A DNA stretch of 63,522 nucleotides, the filler included, from Octopus bimaculoides (taxonomy: Eukaryota), in the NCBI RefSeq assembly GCF_001194135.2. It is 3 parts of 3 records of this genome, joined end to end, with 100 filler letters (N's around TTAATTAATTAA, not from the genome) between each part and the next. Parts side by side here need not be neighbours in the genome. Positions count along the whole stretch, not along the records: positions 47,616 to 63,522 come from NC_068984.1; 2 more parts are not named here. The stretch is one strand, 5' to 3'. Below are positions 51,781-63,522 of the stretch, in pieces. A model generated the notes under the pieces. That model saw only the letters and a list, made by a program, of their open reading frames with translations. It was not told the origin of the DNA and searched no databases. The translations under genes and the position numbers were made by a program. Position 1 is the stretch's first letter, and each line of letters starts with the position of its first letter.

Positions 51781-52083
51781 TTATTATTTATTTATGCGCC
51801 CTTTTAAAGCCTAGCCAGGCTCATGGGCCGGTTTCCCGGTTTCTATGACGTATATGTCCCCCCCCCCAAGCTGGACGGGACGCCAGTCCATCGCAGCGTT
51901 ACTCAAGAAAGAGTGAGAAAAAGTTGGGGCAAAAGAGTACAACAGGTGTCGCCACCTACCCCCTGCCGGCGCCTCGTGGACCTTTAGCTCAAAAAACACA
52001 CACAACGCCCGGTCTGAGAATCGAAACCGCAATCGTGCGACTGCGATTTCGCTGCCCTAACCACTGGGCCATTGTACGTGCAT
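51781..52083 (-). mobile_element. tRNA SINE with a V-domain-like core
   Basis: Minus strand has a tRNA-like head (CAGTGGTTAGGG..GGTTTCGATTCTC), core GCGATGGACTGGCGTCCCGTCCAG..GAAACCGGGAAACCGG, and an A-rich tail. Confidence 0.8.
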
Positions 52084-53908
52084 GTATATATTTGTCTTTC
52101 AGAGATGTACTTTGTACTTGTCTGAAAAGTCATTTCATTTCAGACCATGTGTTGAAACTAAAACAATTACAGAGTGCAGTCACCATTCTTTTCTTTTCTT
52201 TTCTTTTTTCCCCCATACTGGACATCTCTGACGATTGCAGTTATTAGATAATCATCTGATTACCCGATGCATTGTGAAACCAATGGGTAAGATTGACTGC
52301 AATAGAAATATGATAGCGTATACTTTGATTGACGCACACATGTACACAGAAACACACACACACACACACACGTATATGCAAGTATGTATCTCAGTTAAAA
52401 GGATTCATTAAGAATCAAGACATCAACGTGTAGGACGTTACCATGTATACGTTTGTGTGTGTGATAAAGACACTTTATCTATAAAAGTGCCTCATTGTCA
52501 CAGTGTTACCTTTAAAATAGTATTGGTGATAGTGTAAGTATGTATATATATATNNNNNNNNNNNNNNNNNNNNNNNNNNNNNNNNNNNNNNNNNNNNNNN
52601 NNNNNNNNNNNNNNNNNNNNNNNNNNNNNNNNNNNNNNNNNNNNNNNNNNNNNNNNNNNNNNNNNNNNNNNNNNNNNNNNNNNNNNNNNNNNNNNNNNNN
52701 NNNNNNNNNNNNNNNNNNNNNNNNNNNNNNNNNNNNNNNNNNNNNNNNNNNNNNNNNNNNNNNNNNNNNNNNNNNNNNNNNNNNNNNNNNNNNNNNNNNN
52801 NNNNNNNNNNNNNNNNNNNNNNNNNNNNNNNNNNNNNNNNNNNNNNNNNNNNNNNNNNNNNNNNNNNNNNNNNNNNNNNNNNNNNNNNNNNNNNNNNNNN
52901 NNNNNNNNNNNNNNNNNNNNNNNNNNNNNNNNNNNNNNNNNNNNNNNNNNNNNNNNNNNNNNNNNNNNNNNNNNNNNNNNNNNNNNNNNNNNNNNNNNNN
53001 NNNNNNNNNNNNNNNNNNNNNNNNNNNNNNNNNNNNNNNNNNNNNNNNNNNNNNNNNNNNNNNNNNNNNNNNNNNNNNNNNNNNNNNNNNNNNNNNNNNN
53101 NNNNNNNNNNNNNNNNNNNNNNNNNNNNNNNNNNNNNNNNNNNNNNNNNNNNNNNNNNNNNNTATATATATATATATATATATATGTATATGCATGAGAG
53201 TGCGTAGAATTTCCGGAGTATTTAAACATTATATACATTTCGATGTATATAATGCAGAACCGGGAGCTTTTACCTGGAATATGTTGTTTGCTTTGTACAA
53301 AGTTGCATACCTCCACGTGAAGTTTCTGAAATTCTTTAATCTTTCAATCTTTTTGCCTCATTACAGTCTTTGGCAAAGGGAACAAGCCTGGCTGCCAAAG
53401 GCGAATCATTGCGGCAAGGAGGTTACAGGTCAAAGAGCTGGCTGTTATTATAAAAGAACTTGTTGGCCAGAATTTACCAATAGACTTGGTGAAAATTACT
53501 CATTTTCCTGCACACTAACTGCATATTTCTTTCAACAACAGGTTTCCCTGCTTAATGTGATTTGAAGAAAAACTGTCGGACAAGCACTTAATTTCTACTT
53601 TATTTACGCAAAACTAATTTTCCGGGAAGAGAAATCCTATTTTATTTTAATTTACTTTATTTTGCTCTCTCACCACACCTCTCTCTCTCTGCCTCACTTT
53701 CTTTCTCTTTCACACTCACAGTCTGTATATTTGCGTGTCAAACACACACATATGTGTGTGTCAAACATGTATATATATATATATGTGCAAGCATACAAGA
53801 AGGCATATTTATATATATAATTACATACGTATATATGTATGTGTATGCACGTTTAAATATATATATTCTTCTTCTTCTTCTTCTTCTTCTTCTTCTTCTT
53901 CTTCTTTC

Positions 53909-53951
<43 letters not shown>

Positions 53952-54299
53952 TCATTTACCCTTTTAAAATCGTCATTGGAATCAATTCATAGAAATAATA
54001 TATTGAGTGTTAATTTATGATGGTTGGCGTTATTGTGGGTTGTGTTCTCTTGAGAATTAATTTGTCTATATAGTACTCCTTCATGTCTTTTTTTCTGTCT
54101 ATTAATTTATCCAAGTGTTTGTCATTTTATTTATCTCTTTATCAGTCAAATTGTTAGTTTCTCTGTTTGTCTACAGACCTTATCTATTAGTCATTTTATT
54201 CTGCTAGTCTGTCTGATTGTCCGGCATGTGAATTTTATTTAGAAGTATCTTTGTTCTGTTTTCGTTCTTGTAGGCATTCGTTTGCCTTTCCCAGAGGCT

Positions 54300-55086
54300 T
54301 AATGCTTTTAACTTAAATCCTTGGCACTCGCCGGATTCGAGCAGTCTCGGGGATAAAGGAGTTCGAAACTGCAATGAATTTCCAGACACCGACTGAAGAG
54401 AAAAGCGGCTGCGAATGATCCGTGTATCTTGTTTTTATCGTGTTTGCCGTTTGTTATGTTATCGTCTGTGTTTCCGCATGTTGTGTTTTGCTGATTTCCG
54501 CTATTTGTGCTCTTTCTGTCCTACCTTTGATTTATCCATGTGGCACCCTGGAAGATCTGTTGTTTACTGTTAAAAAATATACGACTCTCACCCTCTCATC
54601 CTTCCTCGCTTTTTCCCTTGTTCCTTCCTTCCTTCTCTTTCTCGCTTCCCCTCATCTTCGTTCCCCAGTCCCTCTAAATTCATTTTGCATCACCCTTATT
54701 CTTTAATTCCTTTTCCCTTCCTTCTTATCCTTCACTCCCTTTGCTTTCTTTCCTCGCTTGTCCCCCTTGTACCTTTTGTTCTCCCCCTCTCTCTCTCTTC
54801 CCCTCCTCTCATTCTTTAATACTTCTGATTTCTTTCCATTCTCTCCTATTCCTTAGTCCCTCTGCTCTCTTCAACTCTTTTCCTCTCCGACCACGTGGTC
54901 GCTTTCCGGTTAAGTCATTGTCATCCTTTCTCGACCAGCCGCCTTTGAGGCTGGTCACGTTCGGCTGTCCTCACGCCCGGTCTGTTAAGACTTTCCATTT
55001 TACCTTTGTGGCAGCTTACTACGTTCGTCTGATAGTTGAAAGACCATTTAAAATATTTATCTATGTTGTAATTGGACAATTATTTT

Positions 55087-55119
<33 letters not shown>

Positions 55120-55600
55120 TCAGTAAGTCATAAATCTGAGAAGCACATTCAAAGTTATAGAGCAGTGGCCAGTCTATGTGGTTACCTACGGTTTCACGTC
55201 CATAAATCGTCTAGATTTGCAGCATCTCGTCAGACCCTAATAGCCGATTGCTTTTCTTCAAAGTGGAAGAAGAAAATATTCAAAGGAAAAAGATTAAGTG
55301 CAGGAGATTGTCTCCCTTAGACCGCTATACGGGATCCATCCTGCCAGCTAGCAGATCCCAGGATTTCAGCAGAAATCTCTGGAAGTGTAAGCATGGTCCA
55401 AAGACGTCCACCCTGGAATTTAAGATGTTCCCCGGATTGAGGGAGTTCTTTAATATCTTCGAACGCTCAGGTATGCAGAGCTGGCACCTGAAGGACGAGG
55501 AGACTCCACAAGTAATCTCATAGAAGATGCTTGAAAGACCGGGCTCCTACATCAATGGGAGCAAGCGCTGTAAGTTTAGCATTTTATGGACGCGAAATTC
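54300..55600 (+). mobile_element. Fragmented Penelope-like retroelement (end of RT, linker and GIY-YIG endonuclease)
   Basis: Three colinear pieces: 54317-54412 ILGTRRIRAVSGIKEFETAMNFQTPTEEKSG; 54948-55060 RLVTFGCPHARSVKT..YYVRLIVERPF; 55290-55575 KCRRLSPLD..WHLKDEETPQVIS*KMLERPGSYINGSKRCK. These resemble the PLE motifs RRIS.LS..EF.KA..YQ.AL.KSG, WFNPP.S.SVKT and W.LK..I.WKILER..SY.NGSKRC. A CT-rich tract and a (TA)n run interrupt the element. Confidence 0.7.
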
Positions 55601-55633
55601 TGGGTAACCCCATAGATCGGCTATAACTGTCTT

Positions 55634-55692
<59 letters not shown>

Positions 55693-55757
55693 TAATATTT
55701 GTAGGCATGAATATATCTGTATCTACATATATATATAGTTGTGTATGTGTGTGTTTG

Positions 55758-55802
<45 letters not shown>

Positions 55803-56611
55803 ATGAGACCAAAGTGTACGTATATAAAAAATACAAAAATAGGACAAAAACGCAAACCATCCAGACAGTTAGGTGATACAAAAAAGGGACAACAAAACAT
55901 CCAGACAGACGATACAAAGAAAACAAGGACGGGTCATTCGGAGTTTTCTTTCCTCAGTCGAGTTCCAGATTATCTTTGCAATTTCGGCTGGTTATACTCG
56001 AGATTGCTNNNNNNNNNNNNNNNNNNNNNNNNNNNNNNNNNNNNNNNNNNNNNNNNNNNNNNNNNNNNNNNNNNNNNNNNNNNNNNNNNNNNNNNNNNNN
56101 NNNNNNNNNNNNNNNNNNNNNNNNNNNNNNNNNNNNNNNNNNNNNNNNNNNNNNNNNNNNNNNNNNNNNNNNNNNNNNNNNNNNNNNNNNNNNNNNNNNN
56201 NNNNNNNNNNNNNNNNNNNNNNNNNNNNNNNNNNNNNNNNNNNNNNNNNNNNNNNNNNNNNNNNNNNNNNNNNNNNNNNNNNNNNNNNNNNNNNNNNNNN
56301 NNNNNNNNNNNNNNNNNNNNNNNNNNNNNNNNNNNNNNNNNNNNNNNNNNNNNNNNNNNNNNNNNNNNNNNNNNNNNNNNNNNNNNNNNNNNNNNNNNNN
56401 NNNNNNNNNNNNNNNNNNNNNNNNNNNNNNNNNNNNNNNNNNNNNNNNNNNNNNNNNNNNNNNNNTATATATATATGCATATATAAATAAATAAATATAT
56501 ATTTTAAGTTTATTTACAGGTAATGTTTTGAATATGCAAATAAGACTCCTATTCCATTATGCAGACCACAATCTAATAATGCTGACTTATGAATATAATG
56601 TAGGATAAATA

Positions 56612-56973
56612 TAGTAATAATAACAATAATCCTTGGGTGGAATTTTTAAATATTTTAATGCATCGCTGCGCACGTTTCCACAAACCCCGTGTCTTTTAAG
56701 ATCACAGTCTGTATTCCACCAGAAGTGTTGTTTATCCTTTTTTTAAAAAAAAGGATAAACAGCCCTCAGTTAAGCATCCATTAATGCTACATCACCTGAA
56801 GAAATGAATTCATAAAGATGATCTACCCTATGACCGCAGATACTACAAACTACACTGTAATCGTCTCAGGAATACGGACTGTGATCTTAAGAGAATATCT
56901 TTTGTGGAAACGCGCGTAGCGATGCATTAAACTGTTTATAAATTCCATCCAAGGTTTATTGTTATTATTACTA
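56612..56973. mobile_element. Element with about 105-bp terminal inverted repeats (MITE or fold-back)
   Basis: 56612-56717 and 56869-56973 are reverse complements with scattered mismatches and enclose a spacer of about 150 bp. Confidence 0.82.
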
Positions 56974-57021
<48 letters not shown>

Positions 57022-58030
57022 GATATTTATATATATTTAATCATTGCTAGTTAATAGTGAAAGTAGTAACGATAGTGATAACGGTGGTTGGAACAGCAAT
57101 GGGAGAGAGCTGTGTGAGTAATGATGATAATGTCAGTGGCGGTGGGTGATGGTAGTAAAACATTATCACTGTCGGTAGTACATTGACGCCACTGAGGATA
57201 ATGACGGTGGCTGGAGGGTGTAAAAGAGAAAATGATGGGGGGTGGGGTGGGGAAGGAGAATTAAACAAATCCGTGGAGTAGACGGGAAGACATCTAACTA
57301 AAATATATTAGACATAACACCGTTTCAAAATTCCGACTAATTTCCGAAAGAGAACTGACCCCACGCCTTGGCTCCTCCACCACCACCATCATCTTTAATA
57401 TCAGCTTCAGCGCTGTAACCTTAACACCGGACTCATCCAAGACTTTGGTTTTTCTAATATGTGCTACATACACAACAACTGACTTTCCTATATAACCATA
57501 ACATAATTTATCTTCATTTAGCGGAATTAAGAGGATTCTTCATTCCCTTTTGTCTTTCGAAAATGTCAGAATATTTAATACTGGAACATTAATGGTAATT
57601 TCTGTTTTGAAAAATGATGAGCGGATGACTTTTTTTGTGTGTTTCTTGATGTGTTTTATTTTTTTTTTAAAGTTTGCTCTGTTGCTTTTTAGATGAGTTT
57701 TGTTGTTTTCTTTTCTCTTTTTTTTTCACCAGGAGGTCATGAGGGTAGTGTCTATTTTAGTTTGAAAATCTATGTATGCCTACCTGTTCATATCTCTTTA
57801 TCTCACTCAGCCTGCATGTACATATATATACATATATATATATATATATGTTTATATGCGTGTGTATGTGTGAAAAACATGCATAATCATTATCACTTAA
57901 TGTCAGTTATCCAATGCTGATGTAGGNNNNNNNNNNNNNNNNNNNNNNNNNNNNNNNNNNNNNNNNNNNNNNNNNNNNNNNNNNNNNNNNNNNNNNNNNN
58001 NNNNNNNNNNNNNNNNNNNNNNNNNNNNNN

Positions 58031-58064
<34 letters not shown>

Positions 58065-58214
58065 CGCACACACACACGCACATATATATATATATATATG
58101 TTTATATGCGTGTGTATGTGTGAAAAACATGCATAATCATTATCACTTAATGTCAGTTATCCAATGCTGATGTAGGTTCGTTGTGTTTCTCACCTTCCAG
58201 CCTATGCTTGCATA

Positions 58215-58316
58215 TCTATCTCTCTATCTATCTATCTCTCTATCTATCAATCTTTATCTATCTATATATATATCTAATCTATCTATCTATCTATCTATCT
58301 ATCGATCTATGTATCA

Positions 58317-58347
<31 letters not shown>

Positions 58348-58383
58348 TGTATGTATGTATCTATCTATCTATCTATCTATCTA

Positions 58384-58474
<91 letters not shown>

Positions 58475-58475
58475 N
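58215..58475. repeat. Compound (TATC)n(TATG)n(TC)n(TA)n microsatellite
   Basis: Direct reading. Confidence 0.97.
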
Positions 58476-58678
58476 NNNNNNNNNNNNNNNNNNNNNNNNN
58501 NNNNNNNNNNNNNNNNNNNNNNNNNNNNNNNNNNNNNNNNNNNNNNNNNNNNNNNNNNNNNNNNNNNNNNNNNNNNNNNNNNNNNNNNNNNNNNNNNNNN
58601 NNNNNNNNNNNNNNNNNNNNNNNNNNNNNNNNNNNNNNNNNNNNNNNNNNNNNNNNNNNNNNNNNNNTATATATATGT

Positions 58679-58736
<58 letters not shown>

Positions 58737-59129
58737 GTATATATACATATAGATATATGTATGTATCTGTGTATATTTGTTTGTTGTCTTACTTTTTGAT
58801 ATAGCTGTTGTGCGATGAGATTGTCTTAGGAAGCTGGAGTTGCTTTAATATTTGGAAACAGATAAACCCTTATTGGACACATCTAAGACACAAACTCATT
58901 CCATTTGTGGCCATTGTCTCTTCTCCCCATACATTATACCTACATCATAATTACATTATCACATGCATTTTTTTTTAATGTAAGATGTTAGTTAAGTTAT
59001 TTGATCTGAGGGAGAATTGACTGCTATTTCTAACAGGTCTAATGACTACGTAGACTCTCTCTCAAAGTTCAGGGTGGTCTCAGAAATATTGGAGGTTGCC
59101 ATAGGTGTTGGATGATATGATGAGATGGT

Positions 59130-59859
59130 AGATTGTTAACGGAAGAAAACTATAGGACGCATTTCCATCTGCGGTTCTTAGCTCAGACGAAACAAAAATT
59201 ATCCGTTTTTGAAAAGAATGATCACCTGTGCTGAGAAATGGATTATTTACGGCAATATAAAACGAAAAAGATCCTGGGGAAAACAAGATGAACCACCTTA
59301 AATCTCCCCAAAAGCTGGTCTGTATCCGAAGATGATGATGCTGTGTATCATTACGTATTACGAGCTACTTCCACGAAATCAGACGTTAAATTCAAAATAT
59401 TATTGTTCCCAGTGAGATCGATTAAAGCAGGTAATTACTGCAAAACGTCCTGAATTGGCCACCCGAAAGGGTGACGTCTTATATCAGGACAACGCTAGAT
59501 CACACTTTTCTAAATAGACTCGACAGAAATTGGTGCAGCTTGGGTGGGCTGTCTTACCCCGCCCATCGTACTCACACCTTCATTTATTCCGATCCCTGCA
59601 AAATTCTCTTAATGGGAAGGACTTCGATTCTTTAAAAGAGTGTGAAACCCACTTAGACCAGTTCATGATACAGAAAGATGCCAAGTCCTGGGAGGATGGA
59701 ATCATGAAGCTGCCTTGAAGATAACGAAAAGTAGTGGAACAAAAATGGGAAATATGTGGTTGAGTAAATACCTAAATATTGGTAATGAGTAAATATCTAA
59801 TTATTGCTAATGAATTTTACTTAAAAAAACGTTACAAACTTTTTTTTACCAGCCCAATA
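59130..59859 (+). mobile_element. Decayed mariner (DD34D-type) transposon, 3' two-thirds of the transposase plus right end
   Basis: Translation across stops and deletions gives FLKRMITCAEKWIIYGNIKRKRSW, AGLYPKMMMLC, YYELLPRNQTLNS, KRPELATRKG..YQDNARSH, KLVQLGWAVLPRPSYS..HLFRSLQNSLNGKDF and WEDGIMKLP, matching mariner motifs (ITGDEKW, HDNARPH, YSPDL). It ends in a mariner-like right terminus ...ACCAGCCCAATA followed by TA repeats. No left TIR found. Confidence 0.93.
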
Positions 59860-60349
59860 TATATATATATTCCTGTTCGTATATGTATACCTATATATTC
59901 CCATGCATATATATNNNNNNNNNNNNNNNNNNNNNNNNNNNNNNNNNNNNNNNNNNNNNNNNNNNNNNNNNNNNNNNNNNNNNNNNNNNNTATATATATA
60001 TGTGTGTGTGTGTATGCACACGCACACACATATACGCATATACTCATACATTCACATACACGCACATACATATTTTCGCACATATGCACACAGGCACATA
60101 TTTATAGAATAGACTATTTTTAGTTGTTCCAGTACTTTGCTTATATTTTATGCTTCACTGACTTCTTAGATAACATATCAAAGTAGATATTGAATAACGT
60201 ATCATTCCACATATTTTACAAGACGACATGTCTCCTTGTATTATATATTTGCATGTATCTCATTTGTTGTGATTCCAGATATGACTCGTCTGTCTACTTC
60301 AGGACAAACATATGAAATCACATATAGTGCTGCTGTTTGACAGAATGGG

Positions 60350-60575
60350 GAGGTGCGTGGCTTAGTGGTTAAGGTGTTGGACTAATGATCGTATGATTGT
60401 GGTTTCGATTCCTGGACCGAGATTGGCATTGTGTTCTTGAGCAAAACACTTCATTTCACATTGCTCTATTCCACTCAGCTGTTAAAAATGAGTAATTCTG
60501 CGATGGACTGACGTTCCATCCAGGTGGGGAATTTATACGCCATGGAAACCGGGAAACTGTCCCTTATTTGTTGGC
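60350..60575 (+). mobile_element. Second copy of the V-domain-like SINE
   Basis: GGCTTAGTGGTTAAGG..GGTTTCGATTCC..TTGAGCAAAACACTT..GCGATGGACTGACGTTCCATCCAGG..GGAAACCGGGAAAC. Confidence 0.8.
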
Positions 60576-60895
60576 ATAACTTGAAAAGGTAACTTTACCT
60601 TTACGTTTTGACACAATGATAGAAATATATTTGGAATTCTTTATCTTTGTTCATATTCTACTGAGATCAATTTTGCTTTTATTCTTTTCATTGTTGATAA
60701 AATAAAGTACCAGTAAAATACTGAGGTTGATTTATATTTCTCAAAAGTTTTCTAGATATGAAACATATTAAAACAAGGAATAGTTTTCTTGTTAAGCTGA
60801 AGGTGAATTTGTATTCATCATACCTGGATGAAATGCATTCAAGTTTTACTTACTTGGTCTTTACGAAATATATTTTGTTTTATTGCTTTATTGTT

Positions 60896-61095
60896 TTATT
60901 TGTTTCAGTCATTTGACTGCGGCCATGCTGGAGCACTGCCTTTAGTCGAGCAAATCGACCCCATGACTTATTCTCCGTAAGCCTAGTACTTATTTTATCG
61001 GTCTCTCTTGCCGAACCGCTAGATGACGGGGACGTAAACACACCAGCATCGGTTGTCAAGCGATGTTGGGGGAACAAACACAGACACACAAATAT
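60896..61095 (-). mobile_element. SINE-A 3' half, running into a gap
   Basis: Near-consensus tail and body. Confidence 0.9.
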
Positions 61096-61499
61096 ATATA
61101 TATATATANNNNNNNNNNNNNNNNNNNNNNNNNNNNNNNNNNNNNNNNNNNNNNNNNNNNNNNNNNNNNNNNNNNNNNNNNNNNNNNNNNNNNNNNNNNN
61201 NNNNNNNNNNNNNNNNNNNNNNNNNNNNNNNNNNNNNNNNNNNNNNNNNNNNNNNNNNNNNNNNNNNNNNNNNNNNNNNNNNNNNNNNNNNNNNNNNNNN
61301 NNNNNNNNNNNNNNNNNNNNNNNNNNNNNNNNNNNNNNNNNNNNNNNNNNNNNNNNNNNNNNNNNNNNNNNNNNNNNNNNNNNNNNNNNNNNNNNNNNNN
61401 NNNNNNNNNNNNNNNNNNNNNNNNNATATATATATATATATATAATCGACTGGCTCCTTCCCCCAAAATTTCGGGCCTTGTGCCTAGAGTAGAAAAGAA

Positions 61500-61872
61500 T
61501 GTGTCACCAGCAACACATAAAAGGCACTTGTGCCAGTGAAATGTAAAAGGCACATATGGTGGCGGCATGTAAAGAGTACCCTTGCTGGTGAAAAATGAAA
61601 TTCACCCTGTGTCACTGACATGTAAAAGGCACCTCTGCTTGTGCCATCTGAAAGGCAACCATACCAATGGCACATAAGAGGCATACATGCTGGTCACATG
61701 TAAAAGGGAACCTGGTATACTCCATAAAGTGGTTGACATTAGAAAGGGCATCCAGTGATAGATACCAAACGAAAACAAATGACTGGCGTAGCTCTCTGGC
61801 TTACCAGCTCTGATCAAACCATCTAAATCATGCCAGCATTGAAAGTAGACGTTTAAATGATGATGATGATGA
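61500..61872 (+). mobile_element. Old family D-like element
   Basis: Repeated (C)ATGTAAAAGGCAC units, GGTTGACATTAGAAAGGGCATCCAG, GAAAGTAGACGTTTAAA(TGA)n. Related old copies lie at about 21865-22105(-) and 46995-47235(-). Confidence 0.75.
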
Positions 61873-62347
61873 TGAGGAGGAGGAGGAGGATAAGGATGAT
61901 GATGATGAGGATGATGATATTTAAATTTGTAATATATGGATTCACAGAAAGCTCCCTCAGTGGACTTGGCTAGCAGATCACATAGTACTGCAGCATGAGG
62001 AAGATGAAGCAATGGTGTGACCATTATATTTGGTTGATCTGATGAGCTAGCTGTCTTTATCTGTATTGATTTGTAAAGATGTAATTGTTTTGTATAATGC
62101 ATAGCATGCATATTAACACAGACAAGTAAATATAATTTATTATACACTGAAATTATTATTACATGATGAAAGCTGCAAAAATGGCTGTAATCCTAAGGAT
62201 GAGAAGTGGTTAAATAAATATATTTACCTCTTATACCTCCTGACTAGTTATGGTATAATATATGCTGACATAATATAATTTAATATAATATAACATAATG
62301 ATATGATGTTTTCAAATTTTTGCATATATACATAATTAATATATAGT

Positions 62348-62648
62348 GAAGGTGCACGAATCAGTGGTCATAACATTAGCTTACAATCCTGAGGTTGTAA
62401 CTTTGATTCCTGGACCGGGATGTGTGTTGTGTTCTTAAGCAAGACACTTTATTTCATGTTGCTCCAGTTCAACTCAGCTATAGAAACGAGTTGCAATGTC
62501 ACTAGTGCCAAGTTGTGTCTGTGTTTGCTTTTTCCTTGGACAATATTGGTGGCATGGAGATGGGAAACTGGTACATATGGGTGACTGCTGGTCTTTCGCA
62601 AACAACCTAGCTTGGACTTGTGCCATGGCAGAGAACTTACTAGGTGCA
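62348..62648 (+). mobile_element. SINE-B
   Basis: Colinear with the copies at 17623 and 48065. Confidence 0.88.
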
Positions 62649-63378
62649 CCAGCGGCAGCGGAAGGTGCGGTCTATGTGATATGGAAAGATGGCTCATCTG
62701 GAAAGGCAGCTTGGACCCTACCACATGTCTAAATTCAAAGACTGAACTTTTCGGATCATGTCCACATGTGACCAAATAGTTGCTACGTTTTTGGTCCCCT
62801 TGAGTTTACAGATTGGACTTGCTTTCCATTTTTTTGTGTCTCTCTATAATTATTTCTTATATTTTATATATATATATATTTTTTAATATCTGTACTGATA
62901 GGACATGCTGATGGCCGACACTGATAGGCTTCCATATTGTGTCTATGCATAAGTTTTTCACTTTTTTACCTGGATTTTATATTTTTATATTTTTATATTA
63001 TTATATATTTCTTAATTATTTTAAATTATTTTTATGTTTTTTACGTAGTTATAGGATTAATGTGTTTTTTGTATTTTTCCACATATAGTTTTCTGTTTGC
63101 TCCCCTCCAAACTTTTTTCCGTACGCTTATAGACACGTACAAGGAACTTTATACGTGCGCGCTTGTGAGTGTGCGCGTGGATGCGTGCGTATGTAGATAT
63201 ATGCGTGCGTGTATTGAGATATGTGCGTGCGAGTATGGATATATTCGAGCATGCGATAATATACGCAGTTTTAGACGCGTTTTGTCACTACACAGTAATT
63301 TCCCTCTGTTTATTTCCCTTTGTTTTTAACTTCCCTTTGTTTTTAACGGTCATTTTTCACAGGAATTCTCAATGGCTG

Positions 63379-63439
63379 GATAACTGAAGAGACGTTGGCG
63401 TGGGCTCCCACCCTGGCATCCGAAACTCGGAGTTTTATC
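63379..63439 (+). ncRNA. Type I hammerhead ribozyme fold, probably part of a Penelope-like or retrozyme terminal repeat
   Basis: Stem I GATAA(63379-83)/TTATC(63435-39); core CTGAAGA(63384-90); long imperfect stem II 63391-63421 closed by G-C; GAAA(63422-25); near-palindromic stem III ACTC-G-GAGT; GUU triplet with predicted cleavage after 63434. Confidence 0.72.
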
Positions 63440-63522
63440 ATGGCTACTGAATAATTGTCACATATTTTTACAGATAAATTCCTCTATTTGCATAATATCA
63501 AGGTCTCTTTCATTCTTTTGTT

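Noticed and set aside
57825-58176. Exact duplication of about 100 bp on both sides of a gap; likewise 18820-18980 and 30234-30350
   Set aside because: Identical sequence flanking short N gaps indicates unmerged contig overlaps, not real tandem duplications.
3678-61568. Long ORFs of 150-600 aa in the ORF track
   Set aside because: They consist of X runs from N gaps or homopolymeric and dipeptide translations of microsatellites (poly-L, YI, HT, RE). There is no coding signal.

Overview
Eukaryotic, AT-rich, repeat-saturated genomic DNA with about 9 kb of N gaps, almost all opening at microsatellites. The repeat content (several tRNA-headed SINE families plus dense TA/CA/GA/TATC/CAA/TAA/CAT/GAA microsatellites) looks like an octopus genome, probably an Octopus bimaculoides-type draft. 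That assignment is my recognition, not a database result. I cannot support any intact host protein-coding gene, tRNA, rRNA or CRISPR array. Nearly all long ORFs in the track are N-gap or microsatellite artefacts. Supported content: (i) dozens of SINE copies from at least 5 families, several in tandem, nested or inverted arrangements; (ii) a decayed mariner transposase (59130-59859); (iii) a decayed restriction-like-endonuclease LINE (30470-30890); (iv) a fragmented Penelope-like RT/GIY-YIG relic (about 54300-55600); (v) a hAT MITE with an 8-bp TSD, a piggyBac MITE with TTAA, and three long fold-back elements; (vi) several minisatellites; (vii) a type I hammerhead ribozyme fold at 63379-63439 and a degenerate second one at 37745-37798. 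The ribozymes are the most notable signal. SINE family letters A-G are my own labels for this window.
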